A stretch of 64,000 nt of DNA from Octopus vulgaris (Eukaryota): positions 127,534,001-127,598,000 of the forward strand of contig OX597817.1 of NCBI GenBank assembly GCA_951406725.2, given 5' to 3'. Positions 35,598 through 47,744 of the stretch are shown in pieces. The notes beneath the pieces are model-generated. The model did not search any database and was not told where the DNA came from. It worked only from the letters and a program-made list of their open reading frames with translations. A program made the translations under genes and the position numbers. Every line of letters starts with the position of its first letter. The first letter of the stretch is position 1.

Positions 35598-35930
35598 TGA
35601 GACCCCCTTCAGTCACAACGCAGGCCATGTGATTGCACCTAGAATGTTACCCTCCCAGGCACAAGTCCGGGCAAGGTTGTTTATGGAAGACCAGCAGTCG
35701 CCCATGCATACCGGCCTCCCCTCTCCATGCCACCAGTGTTATCCAAGGGAAAGGCAACAGCCGATACAGCTTGGCACCTGTGACGTTGCAACTCATTTCT
35801 GCAGCTGAGTGAACTGGAGCAATGTGAAATAAACTTACTCAAGAACACAACATGCAGCCTGGTCCAGGATTTGAGCTCACAACCTCAAAATTGTAAGGTC
35901 GATGCTCTAACCACTGAGCCATGCGCCTAC
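35598..35930 (-). mobile_element. tRNA-derived SINE (third family)
   Basis: Minus-strand head AGGCGCATGGCTCAGTGGTTAGAGCAT...GAGCTCAAATCC. Confidence 0.7.
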
Positions 35931-37587
35931 ACACACACACATATATATATATATGTGGAGCAGTGATTTGAACTGCACTGTTCAGTTGTACGTACTGAGC
36001 TGCTTATTCTTTCATGTGTTGTATTGTTGCAAATATAAGCACAGACCAGCTTTTTGTGTTGGTGGTAAAAGAATTGATAAAGCTATTTGGCATGGTTGAA
36101 AAACTAAAACTGACTTACAGTAGCATTAAAATTAAAAACTTTGAGCTTAATGGAACTTGACCCATTAGCATTCAGGTTACTTTGTTAAATACAATGCTTA
36201 TTTATTCATGCTGTTTTCAATTAATCATGCATTTATTTTGTAGTATTTGTGAATTAAAAGATATGATTCATCAAGCCAGATGAAATCATAATTGTGGCCT
36301 GCAGCCATTCTGGTAGCACATAAAAAGCACCCATTACACTCTTGGAGTGGTTGGCATTAGGAAGAGCATCAGGTCATAGAAACCATACCTAATCAGACTG
36401 GAACTTGGTGCAGCTATCCCTCTCGCCAGTTCCAGTCTAACTTATGCCAGCATGGAAAGCAGATGCTAAATGGTGATGATGATCATCATTTATTTAAAGA
36501 ATAGCATTGTAAGAGGTCAGATTTGATTGGTTTGAACATAAAACAGATAGAATATTTGGGCTGGGTGTGGCCGGTTTAAATGCTAAAGGGTTAAGTCAAA
36601 AGTGTAGGGCAGTTTCATTTCTGCTGAGTCATCAAAATAAGCAAATTACAAGTCAGCAAAGAAGCCCCTCTGGATGTTTGGTCAATCCACTAGAATATTA
36701 GCCAAATTTTCATTAAAACCACGAGATATACCAGGTGCTGTACTTTACAATAGCCTTAAGAACCCCAGGGAGTTTTTGACTGAAGTGCTTTAGATCATTG
36801 ATCTGCTTGCTCAGTATTGTCTTGTGGTTAAACAGTGACTACTATAGTTTACATGAGTTTAATGTTTCACTTTTGTGGTCTTTCATTTTGGTGGGAGAAA
36901 ATAAACTGGCTACTCTAAATGAGTTGACCTATGACTTACATTCAAATTACAGCAATCTCGTGTAATAAGTGGTGTGATTTAGAAGAGACTTGGAACAGCT
37001 ATTTCTTTATAAGTTGAGTGAACATCTTGGTTGTAAGTTGGTTATATTTAGGTGGTGATTCAGTCGGTTTTTAAACACTGTGCAAAGTGCTTTGTAATGT
37101 TTAATTTAATTATGGCTGTAATCCCTATCAGCATTTTGCTTTTACCCTTTTGGGTTCCAGCCGTTAATTTCCTTTGCAATTGGCAAGGATTCAAACAACT
37201 ATATATTCCACTTAGTGAAAACCAGCTTTGTGGACAATCTTAAAAGTCAATATCTGCAGTTTTATTTTGATGCCGGGAGATTTTAATTTTTAATATAGTT
37301 TGTTAGTAAATTAGCAAATAATCTCTAAAAGAAAAAAAAAAGTTAAATTTTCTAACTTGATATAGTTATACTTTTTGAAAAAACTTTTTCCTTTTTAAGA
37401 GATAAATTTTTGAATCGTATTAATTGGAAAAATGTTTATCAAATGCTTGAACTTTCATAATACAAATAACCAATATCACAATATTTTAATGAAAATGTTA
37501 TCTATTATTTATAAAATAGTTTTGCTTTTTCTTTTGTAAGTTTATTCTAAAAATTAACTGTTTATTTCTATTATGGTGGTGAAACAG

Positions 37588-37765
37588 TCAGGAAAATCGA
37601 AGAAGTTGGTTGATTCCACACAGAGAACACTTGTTTTGCAAGACTCAAAGCTGAACCTAAACTCACCGAAACCAGAAGGGAAGGCAACAGAAAATGAGAG
37701 AAGGCCTGTGCAGACCTCCAACATAGAGAGCACAGAAAAGGAGGCTAATGAATTAATGTGTGAAA
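37588..37765 (+). CDS. GMNN: Geminin coding exon 3 (SGKSKKLVDSTQRTLVLQ...KEANELMCE)
   Basis: QRTLVLQ resembles geminin RRTLKMIQ; EANELM resembles EAFDLM; phase-1 donor GTAATT at 37766 joins in frame to 42037; the acceptor AACAG at 37587 is weak, and an in-frame ATG at 37573 is an alternative start. Confidence 0.8.
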
Positions 37766-37839
37766 GTAATTATATTTCTTTCAGCTCCTCTTCATTGCAC
37801 TTTTATTTTTCTTTTAGTTTCTATGTGTATTTTCTGGCT

Positions 37840-38367
37840 ATATATACTTTTGTTTCAGTTGGGGTCTTTTACCAAAGCGCTAAGTTACGAGGATGTAAAC
37901 ACACCAACCAGTACCAGTTGTCAATCAATGGAGATACAGATGCATACCTGTGTGTGTACATATATATTCACACAAACACACATTTCTATCAATCTGTTTC
38001 TACTAAATCCATTCATAAAGCTTCTGTTAGCTCGAGACTACTTTACAAAACACTTGCCCAAGGTGTCACATAGTGGGACTGACCTTGTAACCCTGTGTTT
38101 GGGGAGCAAGCTTCTTCCCACACAGCCATGCTTTCTTTTCCTTATGATCTTAATTTTTTTTTTACATAGTCGTAGGAGTGGCTGTGTGGTAAGTAGCTTG
38201 CTTACCAACCACATCGTTCTGGGTTCAGTTCCACTGTGTGGCACCTTGAGCAAGTGTCTTCTACTATAGTTTCAGGCCGACCGAAGCCTTGTGAGTGGAT
38301 TTGGTAGAGGGAAACTGAAAAAAGCCCGTTGTATATATGTATGTATGTATGTATGTATATATGTATG

Positions 38368-38407
<40 letters not shown>

Positions 38408-38625
38408 GGTGTGTCTGTTTGCGTGTCTGTGTTTGTCCCCCCCAACATTGCTTGACAACCGATAGTGGTGTGTTTACGTCCCCATAAATTAGCGATTCGG
38501 CAAAAGAGTCCGAAAGAATAAGTACTAGGCTTACAAAGAATAAGTCCTGGGGTCGATTTGCTCGACTAAAAGGTGGTGCTCCAGCATGGCCACAGTCAAA
38601 TTACTGAAACAAGTAAGAGTGAAAA
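37840..38625. mobile_element. Inverted pair of family B SINEs (about 37840-38130 minus; 38171-38625 plus, full length)
   Basis: Head GTAGGAGTGGCTGTGTGGTAAGTAGC at 38171 and a reverse-complement copy immediately upstream. Confidence 0.8.
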
Positions 38626-39267
38626 GTGTTTATTTCTTACAATATTTGCAGTATTGATTGGAGATAATTCGATCTGCTGTTTTATCTTTAGTTTAAAACA
38701 ACTTTCTTAATATGATTAAGATTTTTGCAACTGCATGGTTTCAAGTTTGATCGCAGTGTCCAGCATCTTTGGCGAGTGATTGATGCCATCAGTCTGTCTT
38801 GAGTGAAAATAGATGGTAGCGACTGAAACTGGTTAGATGTGTTTATGCATGTGTCTTTTTCCATGCTGGCACATGTTGGTCACGACTTCTTGAGGCGGTA
38901 TGATGAACAAATAGGATTGTGATTTTCAAGTGGTGTATAGCAGCTAATGTGGGATCTTCTGTGTGGTTGCTTAATAGAAATAGCTGTCAAACCTCCCATA
39001 AATTATTTCCCACAGCTTTAGAAAACCTCATTTAACGTCCGTTTTCCATGCTGACATTGGTTGAACAGTTTGACAGGAGCTTCCCAGGCTTCCTGTCTTT
39101 GGCATGGTTTCATCAGCTGGATGCCCTTCCTAATGCCAATCACTTTACATAGTGTACTGGGTGTGTTTACATGGCATCAGCACCTATGAGCCCACAACAT
39201 TGGACAAATTGGTTGCCTGTGTATGTAGTAGAAAAAGATAGGATGCTTATAGCTGGAATGTCTTTAA

Positions 39268-39487
39268 CCCTTTCATTACCAACTCAGCTGAAACCGGCCT
39301 TGGCTCTGAGTACAAATGTCTTGTTTTTATAAGTTTTGAATTAAAATTTTCTGCCAAACCTTAGTCTCAATTTATGTTCCTAACACTAGCTTAGTGATGA
39401 CTAAGTTATTTTACTAAATTCTTTGTTATATTTAAAATAATTGAGAGGAACACAGAGCATCTCAAAATAAATACAGTAACGAAAGGG
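39268..39487. mobile_element. piggyBac-type MITE
   Basis: TTAA-CCCTTTCATTAC...GTAACGAAAGGG-TTAA. Confidence 0.82.
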
Positions 39488-40180
39488 TTAATCAAGTCTG
39501 AACAGTCATGGTTAATGAGAGTTGGGCAAAAACTACAACCAACAACAGCAAAAAAAAAACATGTCATTTGAATTCAAATAAACCTCTTGGAAATATTACT
39601 TTCGACTTATATACTTGGATATAAGAATGCTAATTTAGTTTGTGTGTATGAGGGTGGTGGTGGTGGGTGAGTGGGTGTTTGAATTTGTCTGGTACTGTGT
39701 ATGCATTCAGGATAAGGATGATTATTGAAGTTTACAGATGGAATTGATTGAAACGTGATATAGCGCTAAATATTTTATCTCTAAAGATAAGGTTAATAGT
39801 TATGAAATTATATATAATCTTAACTACTCATCTTTAGTATTTAATTGATAACTTTGATTTATGAAATGTTTTGATGCGATCATGTAAATTTAGAGAAGTC
39901 AGTTTTTCAACCAGCATTGCATATGTGTAAACTAAACTCAATACATTAGACAAGGGATCATTTCAACTGATTTTTATTCTTTTTGTAATCTTCTTCAGGA
40001 ATTTGAACATCCATCTATGTGTTGTCATAGATTAGAATTAGGGTCCTCATTAAATCAGATTGCACTCATTGGGTTGCTTTGTTTTTTTGTTTTTTTGTTT
40101 CTTGAAATTTTGGGAGAGGGCACTGGTCAATTACATCGATGCCAGTGCCTATCTAGTACTTTATCAACGCTAGACAGGGT

Positions 40181-40682
40181 ATGGCCTGGTCAGCCTGTAA
40201 TGATATGCATAAGATCTGGTCATCAAAACTAAGTAGAGATTTCAAATTTAAAATCTTCAAAGCCACAGTCGAACCAGTTCTACTAGGTGGCTCAGAAACC
40301 TGGACGTTATCAAAGAAGCTTGAGAGGCAGTTGGATAGAACTTACACTTGCCTCCTTATGAGGGCTCAAAATCTCTCATGGAAGCGTCATCCAACCAAAG
40401 TACAAATGTATGGGAAATTACCACCTGTATCATCTCTTGTGAAAGTTAGAAGAGTCCAGTTTGCTGGACATTGTTGTAGAGTTGAAAACCAGGAAATTTC
40501 TACTCTTCTCCTCTGGAAGCCATCTGCTCATGATACCAGAGGGCACACACTCTCCTACCCAGATGTAATCTCCAGGGATACAGGCATCTAGCAACAGGAC
40601 CTCCGTAATGCTATGATGGACCGTGAAGTCTGGCGTAACATAGTAAATTCCATTGTCTGTACCACGGTCGAACAATGAATGA
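40181..40682 (+). mobile_element. RTE-clade LINE 3' fragment
   Basis: KIFKATVEPVLLGGSETWTL..LLMRAQNLSW..RRVQFAGHCCR, typical of the RTE C-terminus; ends in a short (ATGA) tail. Confidence 0.85.
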
Positions 40683-41159
40683 ATTATCAACGCCCAAAAG
40701 CATTTCATTCAACTCGCTAATGATTCTGCCATCTTACTACATTCTTGGATTTTAATATTAAGTGTACCTTTGACTCTAGATAAACTTTTGAAGTTGAAGT
40801 AGTGAATGGAGGTGGGTGGGAGTTGAAACAGCTTTCACCCTTTCGTGGTTTCCTTACTTAGGTATTCTTCAACCTTTGATTCATGAAGTAGAATTTTAAG
40901 CAATAGAATGCTTTGATCTCAGTTTTAAGTATCAAAATAGATTTACAAATTTTGCTGGCTTTAAGTGGAGGTGGATAAAGATTTAGTTACCATATCACCT
41001 TAGAATTGAATTCACTGAATTAAGAGTTCTGTTCTATTTCATTAGGGGCTTATACTCTCAGTCAGTTGTTGAACTGCTGTTCCAGCAGTGATTATACTGT
41101 TTTTTTTTGTTTTTTTTTATTCAAACATTACTTCTGAATCTTTGTCAAGCTGTGTATCT

Positions 41160-41890
41160 TCATTTGCTTCAGTCACTGGACTGCTGCGTGGGGCAATGCC
41201 TTGAAAAGCTTTAGCCAAAGAAATTGACCCCAGTTCTTATTCTTTCGGTCTCTTTTGCTGAACTGTAAAGTTACCGGAACATTAACAAACCACTGGTTGT
41301 CAAGCTGTGGAAGGAGCAGACAAGCACACACATACACACACACACTTATACAATGGGCTTCTTTCACTTTCTACCAAATCCACTCATAAGGCTTTGATGG
41401 GCCTGGGGCTATTGTATGACACTTGCCCAAGGTGCCAAACAGGTGGATTGAATCCGAAACCATATGGATTGGGAAGCTATCTTGCCACAAAGCCATACCT
41501 GCTCTCTACTCTTTTACTTGTTTCAACCATTTTACTGTGGCCATGCTGTAGCAGCGCCTTTAGTCGAACAAATCAACCCCAGGGCTTATTCTTTGTAAGC
41601 CTAGTACTTTTTCTATCGGTCTCTTTTGCCGAACCGCTAAGTTACAGGGACATATACACACCAGCATCAGTTGTCAAGCGATGTTGGGGGGACAAACACA
41701 GACATATATATATATATAGATATACATATATACGACTGGCTTCTTTCAGTTTCCGTCTACCAAATCCACTCACAAGGCTTAGGTCAGCCTGAGGCTATAG
41801 GAGAAGACACTTGCCCAAGGTGCCATGCAGTGGGACTGAACCCAGAACCAAGTGGTTGGTAAGCAAGCTACTTACCACACAGCCACTGAT
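41160..41890 (-). mobile_element. Two tandem family B SINEs
   Basis: Two reverse-complement copies of the CACTTGCCCAAGGTGCC core with tails. Confidence 0.8.
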
Positions 41891-42036
41891 TTAACTGATT
41901 TTTAGGAAAATTTGACTGTTATCTCTACCAAGTTAAGCAGTGTAGGTCAGGCTGCTTCGTTGGCTTTCAGTTGTTCTGTATTGCCTTTTTTTTTTTTTTT
42001 CTTTTGTGTAATAATGATGACAATATTTTTTTTCAG

Positions 42037-42119
42037 CAAATATTTCTGAAACATACTGGAAAGATTATTCTGAACAACAACGGCAAGCCCTTGCTGAAAC
42101 TTTAGACGAAAATAAAGCA
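42037..42119 (+). CDS. GMNN: Geminin coding exon 4 (TNISETYWKDYSEQQRQALAETLDENKA)
   Basis: Matches the geminin coiled-coil signature (human [26 protein letters not shown]); TTTCAG acceptor, GTATGG donor. Confidence 0.93.
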
Positions 42120-42837
42120 GTATGGATACATCTTCTGTTTTTTCTCTTTGATAACAAATTTGATACTAAATATAATTTGACATTACAAAATATTCCTTCT
42201 TTCATTATTAGTCTATCAACCTTTAGGGCTCCATTTGCCAAGTTTAATCATCTCATCTTCTTTTCTCTCCTTCTTCACTAATAGTGTCTTTCATTTTCAC
42301 TTCCCTTGTCTTCCACACTCTCTTTTCAAGCTCTGTCTCATCTCTTTCTCTTTTCATTTCTCATGCTTTTTCTTTGTTACATTCATTGTTATGCATTATT
42401 GAAATGGTGTTGGAACCTGACTAGTCTTTGGTTAAATGGCTTCATATTAAAAGATATTGCAGCATTTTACTATTGCTGTTGAAAATATTTCTTTCCATTT
42501 CTTCAAAGAGACTATATTATTTATAAATGCTTGCTTTGATTATTTATGTCTTATCTTTTATCTCCTTACAGTTTTATAAACCTTAAACCTAATGCCTACA
42601 CCCTCTTAGAATCAAATCTTCTAGCACATTTAGAAACACTGGTCAATATTTCACCCATTCTCACCACCTCAGTTGTCATGAGGTGATAAGATCCATGAAT
42701 TATGTCTGGTTAAGTTTATCTGGCAACTGATTGGTTCTGGTATGATCCTACTTTGCAGCTCTTTTGGCAAATATGTTTTGCTTTTCTACCATAGCTTCAA
42801 GTTGAGTGATATGTTGCTAATGAAATCTGATGTATAA

Positions 42838-43110
42838 TGCCGCCTCGACTGGATTCCGTGCAGGTGGCACGTAAAATGCACCAATTCAACCGTGGCCGAT
42901 GCCAGCCTCGCCTGGCACCAGTGCAGGTGGCACGTAAAAAGCACCCACTACACTCACGGAGTGGTTGGCGTTAGGAAGGGCATCCAGCTGTAGAAACATT
43001 GCCAGATAAGACCGGAGCCTGGTGCAGCCTTCTGGCTTCCCAGATCCCCGGTCGAACCGTCCAACCCATGCTAGCATGGAGAACGGACGTTAAACGATGA
43101 TGATGATGAA
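42838..43110 (+). mobile_element. RTE-associated 3' tail fragment (same as the 3' end of the element at 50418-53160)
   Basis: GGCACGTAAAAAGCACC...GGCGTTAGGAAGGGCATCCAGC...CCATGCTAGCATGG...(GAT)n; further copies near 36310-36485, 46715-46880, 49582-49811, 57303-57445. Confidence 0.8.
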
Positions 43111-43124
43111 TGCTATCATATGCC

Positions 43125-43385
43125 CACGGGCAACTGGCGTAGTGGTTAAGAGCGTGGCTACTAACCTAAAGATTCTGAGTTTGATTCCAAGCAGTGACCT
43201 TAATAATAATAATAATAATAATAATATCGAAAACTACCTTAGGAATGAGGACCCAGGTTTGAAATTTTTCCCAAGACTGAAGAAAGCTGGAGGGTATATC
43301 AGCTGAAATGTGTTAACAACAAACAAGATGAGGACAAATATCTGTCTAATGTACATAATTCCTCATCTCTTAAATACAGTACTGA
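43125..43385 (+). mobile_element. tRNA-headed SINE-like element with internal (AAT)n and a hammerhead-like tail
   Basis: A box TGGCGTAGTGG 43135-43145, B box GTTTGATTCC 43179-43188, then CTGAAGA-A-AGCTG..CAGCT-GAAA at 43277-43308. Confidence 0.55.
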
Positions 43386-44153
43386 AAATAAGCAGTGCAG
43401 TGCAGGAATGTGGTTGGTGGGTCAAATCCATTCATTTTTTTATTTCACCTTCTTTCGTAATTATATATTCAGAACATTCAATAAGTCCCTCACCCCATGT
43501 GTCCCTTGTATTGTCACCTCTTTGTCTAACCCTTGTGGTTCTAATAACATCACCATGTATGTGCTTATGTTTCTCTAGGCTAGGTTAGATAGTATTTTTA
43601 GTATGCTGGGCATCTTTTCTGCCACTAATGATTGAATTCTGAATAGCACTCAAGTCTAACTTGTATTTAATCTGGTTAATTGCAGCAATCAAACTTAGAG
43701 GTTAAACAGTGACATGAGTAAGATTTTAGAATTATTGCCGTTGTGAGCAGTTCATCACCTGAAGTTCAAAACCAGATTGATATATTGTTTGGTAATGACC
43801 TAGGGCAGTGAAAAGGGATGGCAAAATAAGATTTTACTGAACATTGCTGGGCTTGTAAATGAACAATTGTCTATAGTGATATTATGAAAATATTCAGGTT
43901 GCTGCCTGAGTAAGTATTTCAGCTAATGCAAAGTGAATTTGGTATAGTGTAAAATTTTACAGCTAAAGTCTTGCAAGTTGGCAAACATTATTTGTCTTGA
44001 TTTGATGTGTTGTTCAATCTCCTTGCCAAATAGTTTGTTGTTGATTTGGTCTATTCAAATAAATGTATCAATGTCTGTTTACAAAGAAAATGTGACATTC
44101 AATGTCCAAGGCAAGTTTTTCTGATATCTTTAAATATAGATGCTTCAGTTTAA

Positions 44154-44399
44154 CCCTTTTAACATAATCCTGATCAAATTTTGAAAAGTAATTTACTGCA
44201 TTATTAGCTGATCTGTGACCATTCTCAACGAAGGGCATCATCTAAATATTTCACTTAGTTTTGAAAATAGAGAATGCAGAAAGATTTAATAGAATATTAA
44301 TTTAGGTGTTGTTTAAAACATTACAAATGATTCTTGGCTAAAATTATGATGGAAAAGCCTAACTTGTAAATGAGTAGTTCTAAATTGATATCAAAAGGG
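44154..44399. mobile_element. piggyBac-type MITE
   Basis: TTAA-CCCTTTT...AAAAGGG-TTAA. Confidence 0.7.
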
Positions 44400-45969
44400 T
44401 TAATTTGATGTTTAGATTGTAAGTCAACAAAGTCTTGCGTAAAATTAGGATGGAAGGGGTTTATTTCTGATTCCAAATACATTAAAATGAACAGTTGGAA
44501 TAAAAACAAAATCTTGCTTTCAGTGCCTGGTGGCTATCGTTAGCTCTGTATGCTTCATTTTGTAATATCTTCTCAAATGAAAGCTGGAGAAATTGAAATG
44601 CTCAATTTGTATATTGTTCACAGCACTGTTCTGTCAAAGATCCAGCCACTTTAATTTCTTCTGCTCCATTCAATCTGACTGTAAATTGTTCCTATAATGG
44701 AGTACAGTATAAATCTGCAGGCTGCTGATGCAGAACATAATTTGTTAGTGCTTTTGTTGCATAACCACTACTTCATAGCTACAACTATAAGCACAGCTGC
44801 ACATTTTATTTGCACAAAATGTCTTGTCATCTGCAATATGACATATGTACTTCCAGAATAAAGATATATATGTTCACTGTAATTTGCAACTTGAATGTAG
44901 TTGAGATCTTTAGGTATGTGATAACATCTGAAAGCATTCTTCCAGATTTAACCATGCTTTTTGCAACTAAAAAACCACAAGTAGCTGTGATTCTATGTTT
45001 CCCTATAAATAGTAATGTTTGTAGCCTTTCTGCTACAGACCTCTCTCGGTACCAATCATAAAAGCCTGGGAGAAATTTTTCTGTGCTAGTATATCCTCCT
45101 GCCTATGTCAAAGAACTTTTGAACTGAACTGTGGCATGCACTTTTGTAGCAGCTTACCAAAATGCATTATCATGTGTTCTTTCCCATTTTTCTTAACATT
45201 TTCTTCCAGTCTCTTAAGTATGTTTTTCTTACACAAAAATTCTGTATTGCTGTACTTTAAAAAAAAATCTTACTGAAGTTTCTAGAAAGTCAGACTTTAC
45301 TAATTGCTTACTTAATTGAATTAAATTTCATGGGAAACATATTCTGTTCTTGTCATTTGTTTTATCTAGCATTTAAGTTACTTGATACACTCTTCCAGTG
45401 TTAAAGCCTTTTTCGTTTCATCTCTTTCCATCCTAACAAAAGTGTTGTCTTTATCTACTTCAACTTTGGTATCAGCCACCCCATAACATACCAACCTTTT
45501 ACTGTTGATTTGGTGTGCCAAGTTCACATATCACCGTTTAAAATAATGCGAACTCTTTAAGTTCAACCACATCATAATTTTCATTGTAACTGATTTAAAT
45601 ACACATCCCCTTGTACTATTGTGTTTATAATTGAAAATCTTGTAACTTAAATAATTGCAGCTGGTCATTACCAAAATGTAAAATTTGATATTTTGCTATA
45701 CCTTTCCAAGGTATATTGAAAGCCAATTGAAATAATCTCCTCATTAGAAATATAGTCAAGTTTGTGTCTGTTTTTGAAGATTAGTTGGGTTCGGTGTATG
45801 GTATGTCATTCATCAGGTTTCTTTGAGACTGTCTCTGTTGGCTTCTGCATGAAGTGATATATATGTGGATTGCTTTATTCTTGTGAAGTTTTATCAGTTC
45901 ATGTGATGACACATTTGTTCAGTGGTGAGCTAAACTCCTTTTTTTTTTCTTAATTTTTCTTTTTTTTAG

Positions 45970-46011
45970 TTACATGAGGAAAACAAACAATTAAAGGCCA
46001 AAGTTGAGGAA
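45970..46011 (+). CDS. GMNN: Geminin coding exon 5 (LHEENKQLKAKVEE)
   Basis: Long poly-T tract plus AG, GTACGT donor, phase 0-0; continues the coiled coil (human LHKEIEQKD). Confidence 0.9.
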
Positions 46012-46105
46012 GTACGTATCAATCGTTTTTTCATCCTTTAATGTATTGATAAATCAAAATATATATCTATATATATATATACATGTTTTACATTTTTCTT
46101 TTTAG

Positions 46106-46195
46106 CTGACTATTGAAAATGACATGTTAAAACATGAAAATGAAACATTATCTGAGCTGGCATCAAAAGCTGAGGATTTTGCAAATCTTGTACAG
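46106..46195 (+). CDS. GMNN: Geminin coding exon 6 (LTIENDMLKHENETLSELASKAEDFANLVQ)
   Basis: TTTTAG acceptor, CAG|GTAAA donor; LKHENETLSELA resembles human [12 protein letters not shown]. Confidence 0.92.
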
Positions 46196-47611
46196 GTAAA
46201 ATTTAAAACACATTTCCCCTTAAAAACTGTTTTTCCATATTTCTGGAGTACATTGCCTGAGTGGTTTAGTAAAATAATTAAATTTTTCTTTATTAAGCTA
46301 GTATTTGGTATTTATAACAAAGGGTTATGACAGAAGTTTTTAATTTCATTGTAAACATACCAAAATGGGTAGTTTTGTATCATAGAAACTGACCGGTTCA
46401 TGAGTGTTGGTATCAAAAGTGTAGCTGCTGCATCTAGTTGTTGTTGATTGAGCAAACCTCTTGTTTTTCCCTCTATAACTGTCTCAACTTTTCGTACATT
46501 CAGAACTACATCGTTTGATATGCATATCTTGGAATAGTTAGATGTGATTTGAAGATGATTTGTGTGCTCTTTCTTGCAAGTTGGGCAACCATGTAGAGAC
46601 TTGTTGAGTCATCAGTAGTGTTGTCATTTAGCACAAGCTTCATTAAATAATCAGTCCACTTTACAGTTATGAGCTCCTAAGGTTTGATTCCACTGCCTCA
46701 CACATCTGCATCATCATCCTCATTTAACATCCATTTTCCATGCTCGTATGGGTTGGATAGTTTGACTGTAAGCCGGGAAGCTGCACCAGATTTCAATCTG
46801 ATTTGACAAGGTTTCTATGGCTGAATGTCTTTCCTAATCCTAACAACTCCAAAAGTGTAGTGAGTGCTTTTTACGTGCCTCTCTCTCTCTCTCTCTAGTC
46901 AGCAAGTGTGCACTACAATAAACACATACAATCATTATGCCTGCTTGAATCTCATATTTTCAACCCTTTTTTTAGCACAACCAGCTTGAGAATTCCACTA
47001 GCTTAAGATATAAAACTAGTCATTTTATTAAATTATATTTGAAGTAAAAACTTTCTATCACAAGTTAAGGAATTTGTACTCAATTTGCTTTAAACACCAG
47101 CTTACTAATAAAATAGATTTTAGTAAATTGCTCCATTCTTGATATTTGCAAAATGAATGGAAAAACGGGGGGAATATATTTGTTGTTGAAATTGGCTGAT
47201 CTGGCAACAACAATAGTCTTCACTTCCAGTGCTTTGCATTCTAATATCAAATCCTACTGGGGCTGACTTTATCTTTCATTGTACTTGTTGATAAAATTAA
47301 CTTTTCCCTCGTCAAACATTTGAAAAGCTTGCCATGTATGTAAGATATCTATTATTGAAATATAGTCATGAAAGGGTTAACGTTTTTTTTTTTTTATACC
47401 AACCTGCCTGAGACTGATTCTGAGTCTCATACAAACATCCTCTTTCAAACTTTGTATTAAAGTTCCAAAGAGCAGCATATGGAAAAGTTCTAACAGAAAT
47501 ATGGTAGGAAAAGGGTCAATGAAAATAAACAATTTCTTGTTTTTAAATGAAAAAATACAACCTGACTTGTGAAATATCTTTTACACTTTTTTAAAAATGT
47601 ATATGTTTCAG

Positions 47612-47695
47612 TCTGCCATTGATGAAACAGAAAATACAGAAGACAAAGAAGGGTCTGCTGATGCTACATCTACTGAGAAAAGCCAAAGTTTATAA
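47612..47695 (+). CDS. GMNN: Geminin terminal coding exon 7 (SAIDETENTEDKEGSADATSTEKSQSL*)
   Basis: TTTCAG acceptor, phase 0, acidic tail as in geminins, TAA stop followed by AATAAA. Confidence 0.82.
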   Translation, partial: SAIDETENTEDKEGSADATSTEKSQSL

Positions 47696-47738
47696 TGGAA
47701 TTTAAAAAATGATACTGCTTTATTTTAATTTTTATGTA

Positions 47739-47744
47739 AATAAA
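47739..47744 (+). terminator. Candidate proximal polyadenylation signal of geminin; distal candidates at 48241, 48643 and 48652
   Basis: AATAAA 44 nt after the stop codon, followed by U-rich sequence. Confidence 0.5.

Noticed and set aside
37573-38073. 166-aa ORF as a single-exon gene
   Set aside because: Only the part up to 37765 is geminin-like; beyond the GT donor it reads through intron and SINE sequence
43130-43200. tRNA gene (also the SINE heads at 35860-35930 and 60055-60128)
   Set aside because: A and B boxes are present but no complete cloverleaf, and they continue into repeat bodies; these are SINE heads
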